Shown: piece by piece, positions 60,001 through 64,000 of the stretch
Numbering within the stretch: the stretch's first letter is position 1
How the letters are laid out: each line of letters begins with the position of its first letter
Origin: Macrostomum lignano
Taxonomy: Eukaryota
Assembly: GCA_002269645.1 (NCBI GenBank)
Contig: NIVC01000107.1
Coordinates: 327,867-391,866, forward strand
Length of the DNA stretch: 64,000 nt
Reading direction: 5' to 3'
Translations under genes and position numbers: made by a program
The notes under the pieces: generated by a model
Seen by the model: the letters and a program-made list of their open reading frames with translations, nothing else
What the model was told of the DNA's origin: nothing
Database searches by the model: none

Positions 60001-60404
60001 TTGTTGAGACTGGCACGGTGAAGTACGTGGGTCTGGCATGACGCACCTGACTGACCTGTTTTAGGCAAAACTGAGACTGGCACTGTGAAGTACGTGGGTC
60101 TGGCGCACCCGGCCGAGAGGGACAAGGTGTTCGTGGGGATCCGCTTGCAGTCCCAGGCTGGCAACTCCGACGGCACCTTCAGGGGAGTCAGGTACTTCAC
60201 CGTGCCCAGCAAAACGGGCCTGTTCGTCCGCGCTCACAAGATACTGAGCGTCTTCAACTCCAGGGTAAGTCATTGACCGCACCATCTTACTAGCACGAGT
60301 AGCATGCGCTGATCCAGCAATCGCTCATTTCTGTTGCTTTGCAGAAGAACTGCCAGGTCAGCATGGCCGAATGCGTGAAGACTTACTTGAAACTGCATCA
60401 GTAG
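57061..60404 (+). CDS. Coiled-coil protein with C-terminal CAP-Gly domain
   Basis: Exons 57061-57196, 57270-57333, 57848-57923, 58007-58588, 59015-59303, 60065-60264 and 60345-60404 with compatible phases. CAP-Gly: GSRVTV..G.TETGTVKYVG...VFVGIRL...GNSDGTFRGVRYF.VP..TGLFVR. Start codon uncertain. Confidence 0.8.
57365..57525. repeat. Intronic minisatellite, 31-bp unit
   Basis: gctggcatgataaacatgattagtcactgca. Confidence 0.93.
58600..58830. repeat. Intronic minisatellite, 33-bp unit
   Basis: gactgctgggctaattgttgctcctgggtggtt. Confidence 0.95.
59820..60004 (+). mobile_element. 5'-truncated non-LTR retrotransposon 3' end (RTE-like), 185 bp, 10-bp TSD
   Basis: TSD tgagactggc at 59810-59819 and 60005-60014, with a (gtt)n-like tail. 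Frame FRRGQARTRRYVDCLLCDAG...ALRRAI* resembles RTE ORF C-termini (RG.....Y.D.L..D.G). A degenerate relative lies at about 46084-46160 (-). Confidence 0.55.
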
Positions 60405-61159
60405 CTGCCAATGACCGAGCTCGCGCCTGTTGCTATGCTAAATTTTGACGCAACTCTCTGTCCATAAAATACATTCAGCAGCAGAAAATGCGCGCCGCGA
60501 TAAAAATTTGAAACTCTTCCGGACTGTCTGAGTCGATCCTGGTCTCTGAGTGCATAAAGTTGGAGGAGATGCCAGCGTCATTTAGCCTGCTTCCCAAGGG
60601 ATGTCAGGAAGAAAAGGGGAATAAAATTGGGATTTCAGCCTGAATGAAAGCCGGGAAATAAGATGACAGATGTCTTTCACGGTTACCCCCCTCCCCCAAC
60701 CCACAAGTACACACAAAAACTTTTGGTCTAGTCTTTCCAATTGAAAGACAGACAGAGTCAGGCTTGAACTCATGACTTGAGCTTGAGCTGTCACCACGGC
60801 CTGACTTTCTGAGCTGTGCGCCATTCCGCAGCACAGGCGTGAGTGAGTCTTAGTCCCCCACCCACCGTGCATGACTGGCATCCCTGCAGAGGGCTGCTTT
60901 TGTTCCTGCAGAGCGATATGATGGGACCTCCCACCAAGCCAGACAAAGCCTGGGAGACCCATCCTATCCCACTCCCATCTCAGCAGGGCGCAAAGTAGCT
61001 GCTATCAACTGGTTGGCAGCCGGGAGGAGGGAGCGCACGGGTACTCAGGCCCATGCCCACCGCGGCTGCTGATTCAAGAGCTCAGCCAACAATCGCCGCA
61101 CCCGCGGGCTGGCCAAAAACTCTTCTCGGAGTCTTCCCTACCCCCCCCCCCTACTTCGA

Positions 61160-61173
61160 GTTGCCATGGCAAC
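61160..61173. promoter_or_regulatory. Perfect palindromic RFX X-box
   Basis: GTTGCCATGGCAAC, about 420 bp upstream of ATG 61592. Confidence 0.7.
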
Positions 61174-61591
61174 GTGCGGCCAGCCGACAGCAGCCGGTGG
61201 GGGTTGGCAGAGAGGAGCCGGCAGCCACAGCTGCTGTGTTTCTAAGCGTTTTTGCTGGCTCAGCAAGAAACAAAATTGGAAGAAGACGACTGGGGGTGAA
61301 AGAAGGCCGGCCCGCTTTAAAAAACAGACGACGCGCGGGTGGGCAGGAAGGCCTGCGGACAGCCAGACCGGGACGGAGAGGCCTGAAAGCAGGAGCTGGG
61401 GTGGCGCTTAGGCAGAACTAGGAGACAATAAGGAAAACAAGGAGGCCCGGAGCAGAGAAGAAGCGCACCCATCAATTGGTCGCCGCGGCCCATCCTCTCA
61501 CTGCAATTTCCCCAGACAGAAGTGAGCCGCTCTGCATAGAAAGTCATAAAAAGCGAAGCCCAAAGGCGAGAGCCGGCCTCCCCCTCCAACA

Positions 61592-62457
61592 CATGGCCGC
61601 TAGCGGCAGTGGTCAGCGGACCTTCGGCAAGGCTAACGGCGCCTCCAGTGGCAGCAGAAACCTGCGTGTACCGCACCTGAGCGTCCACGCCTCATCCGCG
61701 TCAAGCATGCGGGCCAGCGCATCAGCAGCGGCAGCGGCGCCAACGCCCTCGTGAGCTTCGCACCGCACGGCTACTCGCCCAGCCCGAGCCAGGCCTCGGA
61801 GCTGCTGGACCTGCAGCGGGGCAACTCCTGGGCCCCCGGAGGTGAGCAGTCGAGGGCTGCCACCGCGCCCGCCGCGGACGGGACCAGCGTGTTTCGCTCC
61901 CGAGTCAGCGTCAACTTCCGGCAAGCACTGGCGGAGGCCAAAGAGCGCACGGCGTCGCGTCGACTGACAGCGCAACAGGTGCGCGAGCAGCGGCGGTCCA
62001 ACAACCAGGCGGAGTCGGTCAGCCGGCTGGACGCGGACACGCTGGTTGAGGAAGAAGACGCCGACATTGAAGCGGATGAAGTGTTCAACGAAGCGGCCGA
62101 GGTGGCGGAACTGGCACCACCACCGACCCGGGATCCGTTAGCGACCCGCGGCGGCGACGGGCGCTCCAGCGATGGGGCCTCATGCGCGACGTCATTGAGG
62201 AGATTCACAGGGAGCGGCACGCCAAGAAGACCGAGGGCTGGAGCATGTTTTTCAAGCACGTGCGGGCGATGAGCGAGGCAGAGAAAACCCGACAGGACCT
62301 CTATGAGCGTTATAACATCTTCGGCGATGGCAAATCCGACTTCATGACCAACCTGCCGGTTATACCGGACGAGCTGTTGCTGGCTGCTGGCATTCCTTTG
62401 CCCTCGAGCCGCTCCAAGCGACAGACTCGGATTGTCAAGCGGCCGCTAAAGCGATGA
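61592..62457 (+). CDS. Uncharacterised protein (about 288 aa) with two apparent -1 frameshifts
   Basis: High-GC3 reading moves from frame A (ATG 61592) to B (about 61717) to C (about 62110), ending ...WGLMRDVIEEIHRERHAKKTEGWSMFFKHVRAMSEAEKTRQDLYERY...*. The shifts could be assembly indels or pseudogenisation. Confidence 0.6.
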
Positions 62458-63209
62458 CGCGGTGATCAAGCGATCGAGTTGTTTTTCGACGCGAGTTCTT
62501 TAGCGGGAAACTCTAGTGCATTAATTCTTGGACTTGAAATGGATGAAACTATTTTGCTTATTTTGTTCTGTACACGGAATGGAATAGAGTTCCATTTCTT
62601 CGTGATTCGTAAAAATAAATAAATATACATACATAAATCAAATTTCGTTGGAAGAAAACTTTATTCCGAAAGCGATTAAAAGAAAAGCCTTCAGAAAATA
62701 CAATAGAATAACGTACATGCATAAGGCTTGTATAGTTTTTGATAATCTAATGGTTTGATCGATGATTATCCGTCCTAAATCAATTGCTTAATATTAAAAA
62801 TTACTGCACATGCATTTCCGAATTTTTTTATTAAACGAACTTATTTTTTGTTTTATTAATTTTTTTTATACATATTGTTAGCTTTTAAATTATATTTGGC
62901 ATTCTGTAAAAATTATATTTACTAAACCTAGTAAAATGCTTTTTACTAAGTTTTAACTGAATATCATTGTTAAACTTTTACAAGTTCTATGAAAGTATTG
63001 CTTTTTGAAGTGTGCTGAATTAGCAATTTAATTCTGATTCTACGGTCTGAACTGAACTCAGCACTCAGGGGTAAATTGTCGGTGCTTATTATTTTTAAGG
63101 TTAGGGCCTAGGCATGTGCCATGTCTGAAGTGCTTTTAAAGGGCACTCAGACTAGCTAATATTCTTGTAGGTTAGTAGGCAATCTTTTACTTTACTGCGT
63201 TTAATTATT

Positions 63210-63463
63210 TTTCGCCGAAAAATATCGTGGCTTGCAGAACCACGATGTCGTGAATCATCGACTCCATTTTGCCCACCCTAACGACCCATCGATCCACACA
63301 AACACCATTGAGGGTCGTGGGCCATGTCAAGGCAAAGTTCCGGGCGATGCATGGCACTTCCGAAGCTCTGTTTGAAAGCCATCTCAGCGAGTATCTCTGG
63401 CGCCGGCTCTTTCCTAGAAAGGAGTTTGGCAACTTCCTGTACTGGTTGGCTCATTATTACTGA
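63210..63463 (+). pseudogene. Merlin (IS1595/ISXO2-like) transposase C-terminal fragment
   Basis: HDVVNHRLHFAHPNDPSIHTNTIEG(frameshift)GHVKAKFRAMHGTSEALFESHLSEYLWRR matches the DDE_Tnp_IS1595 VNH...HTN.IE..W..K...HG...L..YL.EY.WR motif. Confidence 0.75.
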
Positions 63464-64000
63464 CTAATTGACTTACCTGAGAGTTAAATACACTTACCTT
63501 TTATCCTCCTACCATCTTTATGTTCTGAAATTTAAAAAGAACCATTAAAAAATTAAACACAGTAAAGTAAAAGATTGCCGCCTAGGCCTACTCAAAATTT
63601 AATTTATGCCAATCAGCCCTATTGTCTAGACCTATGTCCTATATCTAAAATTAGTTAGTTTGATAGGATCATAATTTTCTCTTTTATTTTATGGTAGACA
63701 AATTATTAAAACTATAAATCTTTTTCTATAGCTGTATAGGCAACTAGATATTTCTATCAATAAAAATGGTAGGGCTTACTATTATATTAAGAACAGGAAA
63801 TTTTGGTTAAAAGTTGGATTTTCATTAAAAAATTATAAATTAAGAAAACAAGACTATAAAAATGGTACTAGGCCTACCATACAATGGAAATTTTTATAGA
63901 ATACAAGCTGTTGAAACCCGCGGATTTTGAACCCGGGGAATTCCAATCCCGGAACTACTTTTGCATGTATTCTGAAATCTAAGGCCATTCACAAACAAAT

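Overview
Eukaryotic (metazoan) genomic window: GC-rich exons, GT-AG introns, AT-rich intergenic DNA and minisatellites in many introns. The style suggests a free-living flatworm such as Macrostomum, but this is inference only. Recognisable genes are UBXN1, a 7-finger C2H2 protein, WDR90, a DH-domain RhoGEF, an acidic-repeat calmodulin-like EF-hand protein, PM20D1, a RING/beta-propeller protein, a coiled-coil/CAP-Gly protein and an IFIT-like TPR protein with a probable ZC3H7-type zinc-finger exon. Mobile DNA includes an intact-ORF mariner, several MITEs with TIRs and TSDs, hAT, Merlin and RTE remnants, and tRNA-derived SINEs. The main find is missed by the ORF track: six small two-exon genes (signal-peptide exon, phase-1 intron, Cys-rich exon) encoding a family of secreted 59-74 aa inhibitor-cystine-knot-like peptides (C-C-CC-C-C core) in three sub-clusters (4.5-7.3 kb, 25-26 kb, 44.7-45.5 kb). 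Also notable are a 664-bp MITE inside a coding exon of an otherwise intact PM20D1 and inverted satellite arrays bracketing a single exon. All splice models were read by hand and need RNA confirmation.
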